This document shows, one piece after another, positions 50,963 to 63,469 of a stretch of DNA of 64,000 nucleotides. Source of the DNA: Mobula hypostoma (taxonomy: Eukaryota); NCBI RefSeq assembly GCF_963921235.1, contig NC_086097.1, positions 115,570,001 to 115,634,000 of the forward strand, given 5' to 3'. Position 1 is the stretch's first letter. Each line of letters opens with the position of its first letter. Position numbers and translations under genes: made by a program. Under the pieces are notes generated by a model. That model had not been told where the DNA came from. It ran no database searches and saw only the letters and a program-made list of their open reading frames with translations.

Positions 50963-51657
50963 GATGAAAGAGGATCCTGCGCTCTGTCTGCCAGAGAAAG
51001 CAGGATCTCCCGCTGGCCACACATTTTAATTCCACGTCCCATTCCCATTCTGATATGTCTATCCACAGCCTCCTCTACTGTCAAGATGAAGCCACACTCA
51101 GGTTGAAGGAACAACACCTTATATTCCCTCTGGGTAGCCTCCAACCTGATGGTATGAACATTGACTTCTCAAACTTCCGTTAATGCCCCACTTCCCTTCA
51201 TACCCCATCCCTTATTTGTTTGTTTGTTTGTTTATTTATTTACTATTTCTCCCCTTTTTTTTCTCTCTCTCTCTCTTTTCTCCCTCTGTCCCTCTCACAA
51301 TTACTCCTTGCCTGCTCTCCATCCTCTGGGCTCTCCTCCCCCGTTCTTTCCCCCTAGGCCTCCCGTCCCATGATCCTCTCCCTTCTCCAACCTTGTATCC
51401 CTTTTGCCAATCAACTTTCCAGCTCTTAGCTCCATCCCTCCCCCCCACTGTCTTCTCCTATCAGTTTGGATCTCCCCCTCCCCCTCCCACTTTCAAATCT
51501 CTTATGATCTCTTCTTTCAGTTAGTCCTGACGAAGGGTCTCCGCCTGAAACGTCGACTGTACCTCTTCGTATAGATGCTGCCTGGCCTGCTGTGTTCACC
51601 AGCACTTTTTGTGCGTGTTTCTTGAATTTCCAGCATCTGCAAATTTTCTCGTGTTTG
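50963..51657 (+). mobile_element. 5'-truncated Penelope element (GIY-YIG end plus pLTR) in env
   Basis: 9-bp TSD CAAAATCAA at 50954-50962 and 51658-51666; matches the 3' part of the Penelope at 24138-24690. Confidence 0.9.
51522..51559 (+). ncRNA. Minimal type-I hammerhead ribozyme motif
   Basis: tagtc-CTGACGA-a-gggt-ctcc-gcct-GAAA-cgtc-gactg. Confidence 0.8.
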
Positions 51658-52146
51658 CAAAATCAAAGTGGAAATGCCTTTCGTTTTTGCAAATATGGCA
51701 CTCAGGTTATTTTCAATATGATTCCATATAATAGCACCTGCTTTGTCTGGGCTCTGGGCCTATCCCTGGCGGACCCGGAAGTGGGTAGAACTTGTTATTT
51801 GGCCTGCGTGGTTCCCTTTATGCTGTACCTAAAATACTTAAACTTGCATCCGAACCTCGTTTTGGGAATCTTTTAGGAAGGCAGTGCAAAACATTGGTCC
51901 AATATGGATTGATACTGGTATTGATAGTAGTGGTTGTAGCAATCTTTAGATTCATGTGTGCCCGGGTACCCCAGCCCTGGCACGGACTCACACGGATATT
52001 TCCAAAGGTGAAGTTGGAACTCTTTGACCCCGAGTATGATGAAGACGCTCGTTTGGACATGCAGGCCCTTGCCCCCAGGTTATGACGCTCCTTATGTGGA
52101 AGATGGGGAGGAATAAAGTTGATCTGACGATCGAAAAGGAGGGGAC

Positions 52147-52573
52147 TGTGAAAGAAAATTAAGCCGGGTGAGAAGCAGATGAGGTCTGTCTGTCTACTCG
52201 TAATAATTAGCAATAATTCCTATTATAAATGAAGAACCGATAAGCACAGATGTTGTGTGTAAGGAAGAACCTTAGCCCTCAAGGCTACAGGACTAACAGC
52301 TTGGTTTATTGTAATTAATGGGAACTGATTGTGTATGTGGGGACCTTGTGTCTAATTTTGTGCAAGGTATGCAAGCATCCTGAACTTTGTCGATAAGGTC
52401 TAAACAGAACTCTTGACCACTGACAACTGCTGAACTGTTTGTATTTTACGACATAAAAGGCCATGCTTGTCCTTGCTTTAGCAGAGTCTCTTAGTGGGCT
52501 CTCCGTGGTCACATTATAAAGTAACTAAACCGAATACCGAGGCCCGTGCCTTTGTTTAAGTCTAATCGACACA
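52147..52573 (+). repeat. ERV 3' LTR (~427 bp)
   Basis: Begins TGTG two bases after the PPT and ends CACA; TATA-like CATAAAAG near 52452. The end is inferred because there is no partner LTR. Confidence 0.7.
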
Positions 52574-53588
52574 ATAGAAGCAAGTAACAGCATTCCAAAC
52601 CAAACTGGGACCATAGATCCAAATCCCCGGAGCATCTGGAGTAGGCCCAAAGCTTCAGTCTCAGTTCGTTATGTTAGCAGGGCAAATCACTGCGAAGAAG
52701 CCGTTCTCAACCTCTCCAAATCGGCTTGACACTTAGAGCGATTCAACCTTGCACCCATGTTGGGAGGACGGGCATCGAAACTCCTGCTCCTCGACTCCTC
52801 TTCGCCACATCAATGTCCATCTCGGACAGCGATCCCATCTCGACTTTGCAACGCACCAGCATAGCTCATCCCTCGAATGAACTTTGCCTGTGCGCACCTC
52901 TTCATTGTTTGCGGTGATAACTTACCACAATATATTTAAGAATCAGTGTTAGTAATAATGTTTTTAGTCGAATTTCTTGCCTGTTGAACTACCAGTAGGC
53001 TGTCACTTGCCTTTGGTAACGCCATCTTAAACCAGAGCAAAGCAACAAATTTCACAACATTGAACAGTGATAATGATTTATTTTTCTACAGACACCGTAG
53101 ATCTGTAATTACCAGGCTTATCTCTGCTATCTTTGAATAAAGGTACCATATATTTTAGGATATATTCTAAATTTTCCATCAGTCTCATCAGCTACATTAG
53201 AACCCATGTTCAGATTGGAAACAAATTAACCTGACCTCTGAAGAACTTACCAGAAAGTGAAGACCAAAGCATAAGCAGGTATTGTGTACTTTGCTGCGAG
53301 TCAGGTTCTTATAGAAATTGCAGAGTATCTCAGAAGGTCTGGGTGCCAAATTTAAAAACAGGAATGGCATATTCTGTGTTTAGAGATAAGTTAAACATCA
53401 ATTTATCTACATAGGCAATGCTACATCAAGATCATCTTCAAAAAACGATGCCTCAGAAAAGTGGCATCCATGATTAAAGACACCCACCACCCAGAATATG
53501 CCCTCTTCTCATTACCAGCATTAGCAAGGAGATAAAGGAGCCTGAAGACACAGTGTTACAGGAACAACTTCTTCTCTTCCGCCATCAG

Positions 53589-55349
53589 GAGTGAAGGTAG
53601 GACCGATTAGAGATAAAGGTGGGAAGATGTGCCTGGAGGCTGTGGAAGTGAGCGAGGTCCTCAATGAATACTTCTCTTCAGTATTCACCGACGAGAGGGA
53701 ACTTGATGATGGTGAGGACAATATGAGTGAGGTTGATGTTCTGGAGCATGAATATTAAGGGAGAGGAGGTGTTGGAGTTGTTAAAATACATTAGGACAGG
53801 TAAGTCCCCGGGGCCTGACGGAATATTCTCCAGGCTGCTCCACGAGGCGAGAGAAGAGATTGCTGAGCCTCTGGCTAGGATCTTTATGTCCTCGTTGTCC
53901 ACGGGAATGGTACTGGAGGATTGGAGGGAGGCGAATGTTGTTCCCTTGTTCAAAAAAGGTAGTAGGGATAATCCGGGTAATTATAGACCAGTGAGCCTTA
54001 CGTCTGTGGTGGGAAAGCTGTTGGAAAAGATTCTTAGAGATAGGATCTATGGGCATTTAGAGAATCATGGTCTGATCAGGGACAGTCAGCATGGCTTTGT
54101 GAAGGGCAGATCGTGTCTAACAAGCCTGATAGAGTTCTTTGAGGAGGTGACCAGGCATATAGATGAGGGTAGTGCAGTGGATGTGATCTATATAGATTTT
54201 AGTAAGGCATTTGACAAGGTTCCACATGGTAGGCTTATTCAGAAAGTTAGAAGGCATGGGATCCAGGGAAGTTTGGCCAGGTGGATTCAGAATTGGCTTG
54301 CCTGCAGAAGGCAGAGGGTGGTGGTGAAGAGAGTACATTCATATTGGAGGATTGTGACTAGTGGTGTCCCACAAGGATCTGTTCTGGGACCTCTACTTTT
54401 CGTGATTTTTATTAACCACCTGGATGTGGGGGTAGAAGGGTGGGTTGGCAAGATTGCAGACAACGCAAAGGTTGGTGGTGTTGTGGATAGTGTAGAGGAT
54501 TGTCAAAGATTGCAGAGAGACATTGATAGGATGCAGAAGTGGGCTGAGAAGTGGCAGATGGAGTTCAACCCGGAGAAGTGTGAGGTGGTACACTTTGGAA
54601 GGACAAACTCCAAGGCAGAGTACAAAGTAAATGGCAGGATACTTGGTAGTGTGGAGGAGCAGAGGGATCTCGGGTTACATGTCGACAGATCCCTGAAAGT
54701 TGCCTCACAGGTGGATAAGGTAGTTAAGAAAGCTTATGGGGTGTTAGCTTTCATAAGTCGAGGGATAGAGTTTAAGAGTCGCGATGTGATGATGCAGCTC
54801 TATAAAGCTCTGGTTAGGCCACACTTGGAGTACTATGTCCAGTTCTGGTCACCTCACTATAGGAAGGATGTGGAAGCATTGGAAAGGGTAAAGAGGAGAT
54901 TTACCAGGATGCTGCCTGGTTTAGAAAGTATGCATTATGATCAGAGATTAAGGGAACTAGGGCTTTACTCTTTGGAGAGAAGGAGGATGAGAGGAGACAT
55001 GATAGAGGTGTACAAGATAATAAGAGGAATAGATAGAGTGGATAGCCAGCGCCTCTTCCCCAGGGCACCACTGCTCAATACAAGAGGACATGGCTTTAAG
55101 GTAAGGGGTGGGAAGTTCAAGAGGGATATTAGAGGAAGGTTTTTTACTCAGAGAGTAGTTGGTGCATGGAATGCACTGCCTGAGTCAGTGGTGGAGGCAG
55201 AAACACTAGTGAAGTTTAAGAGACTACTGGACAGGTATATGGAGGAATCTAAGGTGGGGGCTTATATGGGAGGCAGGGTTTGAGGGTCGGCACAACATTG
55301 TGGGCCGAAGGGCCTGTACTGTGCTGAACTATTCTATGTTCTATGTTCT
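53589..55349 (+). mobile_element. Young 5'-truncated CR1 LINE inserted in a Rex1 3' fragment
   Basis: 518-aa open RT ORF 53727-55283 with the catalytic motif mutated to IADN; (TTCTATG)n tail; TSD ATCAG at 53584-53588 and 55350-55354. Confidence 0.95.
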
Positions 55350-55856
55350 ATCAGATACCTGAATGGTCCATGAACACCACCTTACTGTTTTTGCTTTCTT
55401 TATACACTACTTTTTAATATTTCTTGATATTACTTATAGTGTATGTACTTCATTACACTGTACTCCTGCTGCAAAACAATATATGTCAGTAATAATAGAA
55501 CTGGTTCTGATTCATAAATTTCTCTTCACTGATCTAATGTAAATGTTTGCATATCATAAGTAATTATGGTCACCATATTTTTGGTTTGCCTAACAGTTAT
55601 ACTCAGAGTGTAGCAGAGTACAAATTATTGCTCAGAATTACTGTTGCAAACCTTAGCAGTTTTGCACCTTGAAAGAATTAATGCCCTCTGACCCAGCTTA
55701 CAAACATCTGCCTTCAGAGTCAGAATCAGAATCAGGTTTATTATCACCGGCATGTGACGTGGGATTATTTAACGTAGCAGCAGCAGTTCAGTGCAATACA
55801 TAATCTAGCAGAGAGAGAAACGTCTAGATACTTGTGTACAGTATAACCTGCACATA

Positions 55857-56391
55857 CACTTAGTGGCCACTTTATTAATACAGGACAAGTGTATGTTTGC
55901 TGTCTTCTCTTACCCTAGCCCATTCACTTGAACATTTGATGCATTTTGCATTCAGTGATGCTCTTCTGCACAATACTGTTGTGAAGCCTTGTTATTTGAG
56001 TTACTGTGGTCTTCCTATCAACTTGAATCAGTCTGGCTATTCTGCTTTGACCTCTCACTAACAAGACGTTTTCCCCTACAGAACTACCACTCGCAGGATG
56101 TTTTTGTTTCGGTTTATCGCAGCATTTTTCTGTAAACTCCAGAGACTGTTGTGCTTGAAAATCGTGGCAAATTCTGAGATACTCAAACCACCCCATCTGA
56201 CACCAACAATTATTCCATGATCAAAGTTCCTTAGATCACATTACTCCCCATTCTGATTTGAATAACAACTGAACCTCTTGGCCATGTGTACATATTTTTA
56301 TGCATTGAGTTGCTGCCACATGATTGACTGATTAGATATTTGCATTAATGTGCAGGTACATAAGTGTACCTAATAAAGTGCCCACTGAGTG
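55857..56391 (-). mobile_element. Non-autonomous Tc1-type element
   Basis: TIRs cacttagtggccactttatta / taataaagtgcccactgagtg; TA at left; minus ORF 55924-56196 (RIARLIQVDRKTTVTQIT) resembles a Tc1 transposase HTH region. Confidence 0.8.
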
Positions 56392-57344
56392 CAGAAAGGA
56401 GCATTTGGAGACTGACAAGAGGGATTCACTGGCTGCCTTTCTGATGTGAGAACTGTTTGGGGCTATGTCCTGAAAAAACAGAAATTGAGATGCATTTTTC
56501 AACAAACTTTTCTCTTCAGTAGAGACATAAGAGAAACTGCAGATGCTGGTCAGGCAGCATCTGTGAGGGCAGTGGTGATGCAGAATCTGGTTGGTTCTGG
56601 TTCAAGATTATTGTCATTTGACTAAACCCATGTATACAGCTAAGCAAAATATCGTTCCTCTGGGGTCACGTTCCAAAACATAATGCATATAATCACGCAC
56701 AACACATATAGTTATATTCCAGCACATACAGTTACAAAATAATATTATAGCACAAGTTCCTGAGTGGGTTGGCCTGAAGATTGACCGCTTGACATAAAGT
56801 GCAAGGTGCACATCTGTGTAAGACAGTATAATGGTACTGGCACTATTAGAATGAAACAAGCAGTCAAAAAGTAGCAATAAAAGATGAAAAGTGATTAGTG
56901 CAGGATAAGAGTGTATCTATGAGTTGGAGAGTGCAGGGGGAGGGTAGGTGACCATTCAGACTGTGTGTACATATTGAATGGGTGGTAGCAAGGTGTTATG
57001 AAGAAGCTTGGGAGAAGGAGTAGTTTCCTAGCCTGACAGTTTTGGTTCATATGCAGGAAGTCAAGGATATTGTGAGAAGGGTAGGAGGGGTACACTTTAT
57101 TCAGTTAAGGAGGTCCCTAATAAAGTGGCCACTGAGGACATGCTCTTTAGGTCATCCCATTCAAGATACAAGATTTAAGATTGTTTATTCTCCTTCTGCA
57201 CTGCATGAGAGCAAAGGAGGACAACATTTTTGTTACTCCATAGCTGGTGCAGCATAAGAAAACACAATAAGCATAAAAACACTATAAATATAAAAGTAAT
57301 CCGATTAGAAACACAAGGTACAAGTCACTGTTGAGTGTGGCCAT

Positions 57345-57598
57345 TAGTTTCTTCTCCAGCCCTTTACTTTTCCCACCCACCTGCCTTTATATATAACCTA
57401 GCTATCCTCCTTCCTCTTCCCCCCCCCCCATCTTTTTATTCTGGTGTCTTTCCCCTTCCTTTCCAGTCCTAAAGAAAGTTCTCAGTCTGAAATGTTAAAT
57501 ACTCACTCTTCTCCATGGATGCTGCCTGACCGGCTGAGTTCCTCCAGCATTTTGTGTGTGTTGCTCTGCATTTCCAACATCTGCAGAATCTCTCATGT
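57345..57598 (+). mobile_element. Penelope pLTR fragment with decayed hammerhead
   Basis: 'gatgctgcctgaccggctgagttcctccagcattttgtgtgtgttgct...catctgcaga' tail shared with other Penelope copies. Confidence 0.75.
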
Positions 57599-57680
57599 AC
57601 AAGATCAGCTTATTTATAGCAATTTATGGTACGTACATTAGGTGACTCTAAGTGCAGGAGTATCTGAACATAAGGTGACT

Positions 57681-60111
57681 TCGATATTCATTTCCTGGAT
57701 TAAACTGATATATTTTACCCCTTTGGCCTCGGTATTTACTAACAATCAAAGATCCCCTTTTTTTCATTTATTCCGTGGTACTAGGCAGGGTTGCCCTCTT
57801 AGTCCATTGCTATTTGATATTGCCTTGGAACCGCTAGCTATTGCCATTCATGACTCCCCCAATATATTTGGTATTACCTATGGAAATAAGACTCATAAAT
57901 AATCACTACATGCAGATGATCTACTATTATATATTTCTAACCCAGGAAAATCTATTCCGGCAGTATTAACTTTGCTTGCTCAGTTTAGTAGCTTTTCTGG
58001 TTATAAACTGAACCTAAGTAAGAGTGAACTCTTTCCGTTAAATATGCAGGTTCCTATTTATAGAAATTCTCCATTTAGACTGATTACTGATTATTTTACT
58101 TATTTGGGAGTTAAAATTAATAAGAGACATAAGGATTTATTCAATTTCAACCTTTTACCATTAATTAATCAGGTTAAACAACTGATTACTAAATGGTCCC
58201 CTTTGTCCTTTTTAAATCTTTTTATTGAATAAGTATACAAAAAGGTAAAGCCTATAAACATTAATACAATGTTAAAATATATTTTTTTTCCTTTTTAAAT
58301 CTTTTTATTGAATAAGTATACAAAAAGGTAAAGCATATAAACATTAATACAATGTTAAAATATATCCTTTTGTCTCTATCATTGATTGGCCGTATTAATG
58401 CTTTTAAAATGATTATTTTACCCAAATTTTTATATTTATTTCAAGCGATACCGATTTTTATTCCTAAATCTTTTTTTTGATACCTTTGACTCTAAAATTT
58501 CTTCTTATATATCGCAAAATAGAAATCCCAGACTAAGTAAAAAATACTTACAGAAATCTAAGAAAGAGGGTGGTTTGGCATTGCCTGTCTTAAAATTTTA
58601 CTACTGGGAAATTAATATCCGATACTTAATATTTTGGACACAAGATTGGAATATAACTCCAAGCCCACATTGGTTAAACCTTGAAGGCCATTCTGTACAA
58701 GGGTTTTCTTTAGCCTCCATTTTAGGAACTTCATTGCCTTTTGTACTATCTAGATTGAATAAACAAATTTTCAACCATATAGTTAAACATACATTGCGAA
58801 TATGGTTTCAATTTCGTAAATTTTTTGGCCTGAATGAATTTATGTTATCAAGTCCTATTATAGGTAATTTTTTTTTCCAACCCTAGGTAATGGATCAAGC
58901 CTTTTTGATATGGAAAATGAAAGGCATAATATGTTTTGGTGATTTATTTTTGGATAACTGCTTTATGACTTTTGAGCAGTTATCTCAGAAATTTGATTTG
59001 CCTAGATCACATTTTTTTAGATACAAATAAGAATTTTTTTAAAATACTACATTACCTACCTTTCTGACTTCAAATCCTTCTGGCATTCTTGATAAAATTT
59101 TAGGTTTTAATCCTTTGAAGAAGGGATTAATAGCAATAGTTTATGATGTAATTATGATATTACAGCCAGATATATCTGATAAAATTAAAAATGAATGGGA
59201 TAGGGAACTTCAACTTTCCCTACCTACAGAGAAATGGGATAAAATTTTTCAATTAGTTAGTGCCTCTTCTATATGTGCTAAACATACTTTAATACAATTT
59301 AAAGTAGTACACAGAGCTCATATGTCCAAAGATAAACTAGCTCGTTTTTAGTCCCATATAAACACTACTTGTGATAGATGTCACTCTGAAGTGGCTTCTT
59401 CAACCCATATGTTTTGGTCCTGTCCTCTTTTGGAAAAATATTGGAAAGTCATTTTTGATATTATTTCAACAGTTCTATGCTTTGATTTAAAACCGCATCC
59501 TATTACGGCAATCTTTGGATTGCCAATGGTAGAACATAGATCTTCATCTTCTTTAGCCTCTCGAATGATAGCTTTTGTTATTTCAATGGCGAGAAGATCT
59601 ATTTTGTTGAACTGGAAGGAAATTAATCCTCCAACTACATTCCAATGGCTTTCTCAAACCATATTAAGTTCAAATTTAGAAAAAATTAGAAGTGATATTT
59701 TTGACTCCGGTTAAATTTGAAGATACCTGGAAACTTTTTATGCAACATTTTCATATGATGTAATCCGACCTTTCCGAATCTTTTTTCTAAAATTATATGA
59801 TGAGAGGAGCGGAGTTAGTGACATTAAGGATCATGTCTGATACAAGTTGTTGGTCTAGCCCTGTTTTGCCTTTTTTTGGGGTTTTTTTTTTCTCTTTTTC
59901 TTCTGTTTTTTTTTGTTTACGTATATATATTTTTTCTTTTTATTTCTTTGTTAATGTTTAATCTCATTATGAGTTTGGAAGTCTTTTATTTCTATGTTAC
60001 TTAAAATTCATTTTATATATGCTGATGAACATTTTTCCAACCTCTTTGTACCAACTTTGTTATTGAGTTTATAATTTTGAAAAATTAATTAAAAGATTTA
60101 AAAAGAAAAGA
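57681..60111 (+). mobile_element. 5'-truncated fish-type L1 LINE, degenerate
   Basis: GTRQGCPLSPLLF, HADDLLLY, FSGYKLN, GGLALP, CCHC CDRC...HMFWSC; T-rich 3' UTR with A-rich tail; 9-bp TSD AAGGTGACT at 57672-57680 and 60112-60120. Confidence 0.92.
58207..58365 (-). repeat. Head-to-tail dimer of a ~76-bp L1-like 3' tail inserted antisense in the L1
   Basis: Units 58207-58282 and 58290-58365 differ at one base; on minus each ends AATAAAAAGATTTAAAAAGG. Confidence 0.8.
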
Positions 60112-60749
60112 AAGGTGACTGATAGGAAATGATAAAGTGACCATGTGACTCTGTTTCAGGTACTCTTCTAGGTAGCAGCAGGACATACGAAAACACAGTA
60201 GGACAGTGATTGTGTCAGTGTAGGTATGAAGTGTGAAGGTAAAGCATAAAGTGGCAGTTCATTCTTCACTTGTGTGTCTTTGGGTATTAAGGTGAATAAG
60301 TAAAACAAGAAAATAATAAGGGTGATTATAAAACTTCTTAATTAAAGCTTTCTCAGCTTTGAAACAAATCTTGGTAGGTTTAAGATTGGTTTTCCTGAGT
60401 CTTCTCCCCGCACCGCTGGTGCTGCCGGCAAACTCAAAAAATAGAGCAGATAATGGAAAACTAAACTTGTAACAACAGCAGAAAATCAGCAACAAAAATG
60501 CCAAAACATGCATTTCTGCTCTATACTGTTATTATGTTTAAATCAGAATGGTTCCTGGGAAAATTAATAAGTTTTTCTTGTTTCTTATTCACTGTGGAAG
60601 GATGTCATTATTTCCAGATGCATGTGCTGAAAAGGTAGAATATTGCCAACAAACTATATTGGTAGTGTTAGCCAAAAGTTAGTGCTTCTAATTTCATATT
60701 TATTGATTACTAAGTCTCACCAACTTGTTATGCTAACATATTGGAAAGG

Positions 60750-61608
60750 ATAGAGCCATTGTGTCTGCCTACTCCTGTACGACTGAACCCATGTCCTCAT
60801 ACCTCAACTCCATTCTACACCCCTTGGTTCAGTCCCTTCCCACCTACATCCATGACATTTCACATGCTCTTGGTCTCCTCAACAACTTCCAATTCCCTGG
60901 CCCTGACTGCCTCATTTCCACCATGGATGTCTATTCCCCATCATTAAGGCCTTAAAGCTTTCCACTTCCTTCTCAACAAAGAACCAACCAGCTCCCGTCC
61001 ACTACCACCTTCCTTCATCTGGCAGAACTGGTCCTCGTCCTCAACAGTTTTTCCTTTGGCCCCTCCCACTTTCTCCAGACTCAAGGGGAAGCCCTGGATA
61101 CCTGCATATGTCCCAGCTATACCTGCTTTTTTGTTGGATATGTAGAACGGTCCATGTTGCAAACCTTTTCTGGTAATGCTGCCCAACTCTTCCTTCACTA
61201 CCACTGCATTGGCAATGCTTCATGCACCCATTAACTTTGCCTCCAACTTCTACCTTGCCTTTAAATGCACTTAGTCCATTTCTGATACCTCCAACCCTTT
61301 CCTCAATCTCTCTGCTTCTGTCTCTACTGATTCTCATAGCAATCTTGATTATACCCCTTCCACCCTGTAAAAATGCTATTCCCTATTCTCAGTTCCTTCT
61401 TCCCTGCTGCATCTGTTCCAGGAAGGAGACTTTCCTTCCCAGGACATAAGAGGTGTCCTCCTTCATCAAAGATCGGGATTTACCTTCCTCCAGAATTGAT
61501 CCTGCCCTCACCTGCACCTCTGCCTTTTCCTGGATATCTGCACTCACCCCATCTTCCTGCTGCCATAATAGTGATAGAGTTCCTCTTGTCCTTACCTACA
61601 GCCCCATG
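60750..61608 (+). mobile_element. Degenerate Penelope RT fragment
   Basis: LVQSLPTYIHDISHAL...NNFQFPGPD..ISTMDV matches ORF 24823-25956. Confidence 0.82.
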
Positions 61609-61624
61609 AGCTACTTGAGACCAA

Positions 61625-63210
61625 GCACTTGAAATTGAAATATCTTTATTGTCATTGCATAGTGCAATTTGTCATGCACCAATACAGTGAAAATGAGTTT
61701 GCAACTCTCATACTCAATGCTATAAAACAACAAATAAAATGAACAATAAATAAAATCAAGTAACCAGCCAGTACAAGCAACGTCCAGCAGTACAAAAGCA
61801 CAACACAGATGCATGACAGCCATAAAACCAGTATTAAAGTAGCAATATAACAAATTTATGGATGATGCCTCATCGATTGGTTCAGAGCAATTATAGCTCT
61901 GGGGAAAAAGCTATTTTTCAGTCTGGAAGTGCGGGCATAGAAAATCTTATAATGTCTGCCAGATGGAAGAAGTTCAAACAGATGATTGCATGGGTGTGTA
62001 TTGTCCTTACAGACGCTTGTAGCTTTCCTTAGGAAGTGAGAGCTGTAGGTGTCCTCCAGGGCCGGAAGTTGTATCCCGATAATCTTCTGTGCGCTAGAGA
62101 CGACCCGCTGAAGTGCTTTCCTATCAGCTGCTGTACAACTGAGATACCACACAGAGATGCAGTATGTTAAGATGCTCTCTATGGTGCAGCGGTAAAAGTT
62201 CACCAGCATCTGTTCAGGTAGACCGGCTTTTTTCAGCGTCCTGAGGAAAAACAAACATTGCTGTGCTTTCTTAACTATTGTAGTGATGTTAGAGGACCAT
62301 GTAAGGTCTTCTGAGATGTGTATTCCCAGAAACCTGAAACTGGACAATCTCTCCACTATGTCTCCGTTAATGTAGACTGGGGCGTACTCGTCATCCCGTG
62401 ACTTTCCAAAATTGATAATTAGTTCCTTAGTCTTTGCTGTATTAAGAGACAGGTTGTTCTCTGGGCACCAGCTCACTATGTTCTGTATGTCCACTCTGTA
62501 CGCTGATTCGTCTCTGTTGGAGATCAACCGATCAACCCGATCACTGTTGTGTCGTCTGCGAATTGGACGGTGGTATTGGTGTTAAATACAGGTACACAGT
62601 CATAAGTGAAGAGGGAGTAGAGTATGGGACTCAATCCACAACCTTGTGGTGTACCAGTGTTCAGGATAGTAATGGAGGACAGGCGAGGGCCCAGTGTCAC
62701 TACCTGTGACCGCTCTGACAAGAAATTCAGGACCCAGTTGCAGAGTGATGAGCTGAGGCCTAGCTGGTGGAGTTCAGAGATGAGCTTGATGGGGATGACA
62801 GTATTAGAAACAGAGCTATAATCAACAAACAACATTCTCACGTATGTGCCCTTTCCCTCCAGGTGTGACAGGACAATGTGAAGAGCTAATGAGATGACAT
62901 CCTCCACAGAGTGCGAGTCCAGTGTAGCAGGAATACTGACTTTCATGTGGGAGAGGACCAATCTCTCAAAGCACTTCATTATTATTGGTGTGAGGGCAAC
63001 TGGGCGATAGTCATTCAAATTGTTGATGTTTGTTTTCTTCGGGACAGGCACTATGGTGGCTGACTTCAGACACTTTGAGACCGTTGCCTGAGATAGTGAC
63101 AGATTGAAAATTCTCATAAATACATCAGCCAGTTGTTCAGCGCAGTCTTTAAGTACCCGTCCTGGAACTCCATCTGGGCCTGCAGCTTTTTGTGGATTGA
63201 CCCTCTACAG
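61625..63210 (-). mobile_element. Rex1/Babar LINE, 5'-truncated
   Basis: [62 protein letters not shown]; one frameshift at ~62525; AATAAA plus short-repeat tail. Confidence 0.92.
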
Positions 63211-63469
63211 CGTACACTTTATGAGATATCCATACTGGGGCATTCGGAATATGGAGTGCAGCCTTGAAAATGGGCAATAATGAGCAAAGTGCAGGGAGTT
63301 GGAAAGCTTTATGATCAGGTTGATAATCATATTGCTCAACTGATAGCTGGTGAGTTTATCCCAGTTTTAAAAGACATTTTCACTTGGACAACATACACTG
63401 AAGATGGAAGAGGAATAAAAGGCCCTGCAAGAAGATGTTATGTGAAAATTTAGGTTTCCAGACAGATTA

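Larger units (their letters stand above)
50485..52085 (+). pseudogene. env: Retroviral env remnant, interrupted by a Penelope insertion
   Basis: ATG 50485 gives signal-peptide-like MNLLLLAGYAFAFLATARA; two in-frame TGA; frame continues across the TSD; SU C-terminal motif AYPW...W...TCYLACVVP (with frameshifts); membrane span GLILVLIVVVVAIF; lies between IN and the PPT. Confidence 0.75.
45766..52573 (+). mobile_element. Defective class-I (epsilon/gamma-like) endogenous retrovirus: partial gag, partial pol, env remnant, PPT, 3' LTR; no 5' LTR found
   Basis: RT AFTYNGQQYTWSR*PQG...LLQYADDLLLA (47758-47920); RNase H DGSS, SAQAA, TDSRQVFGVVHDFG, KCEAHT; IN DMFSKWVKAFP, QSSRLVERM, WIHRSWCK; PPT GAAAAGGAGGGG at 52133-52144. 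Confidence 0.88.

Noticed and set aside
53727..55283. 518-aa open ORF as a functional or domesticated gene
   Set aside because: It is a 5'-truncated CR1 ORF2 with TSD and tail, no endonuclease domain, and the RT motif mutated to IADN; openness reflects youth.
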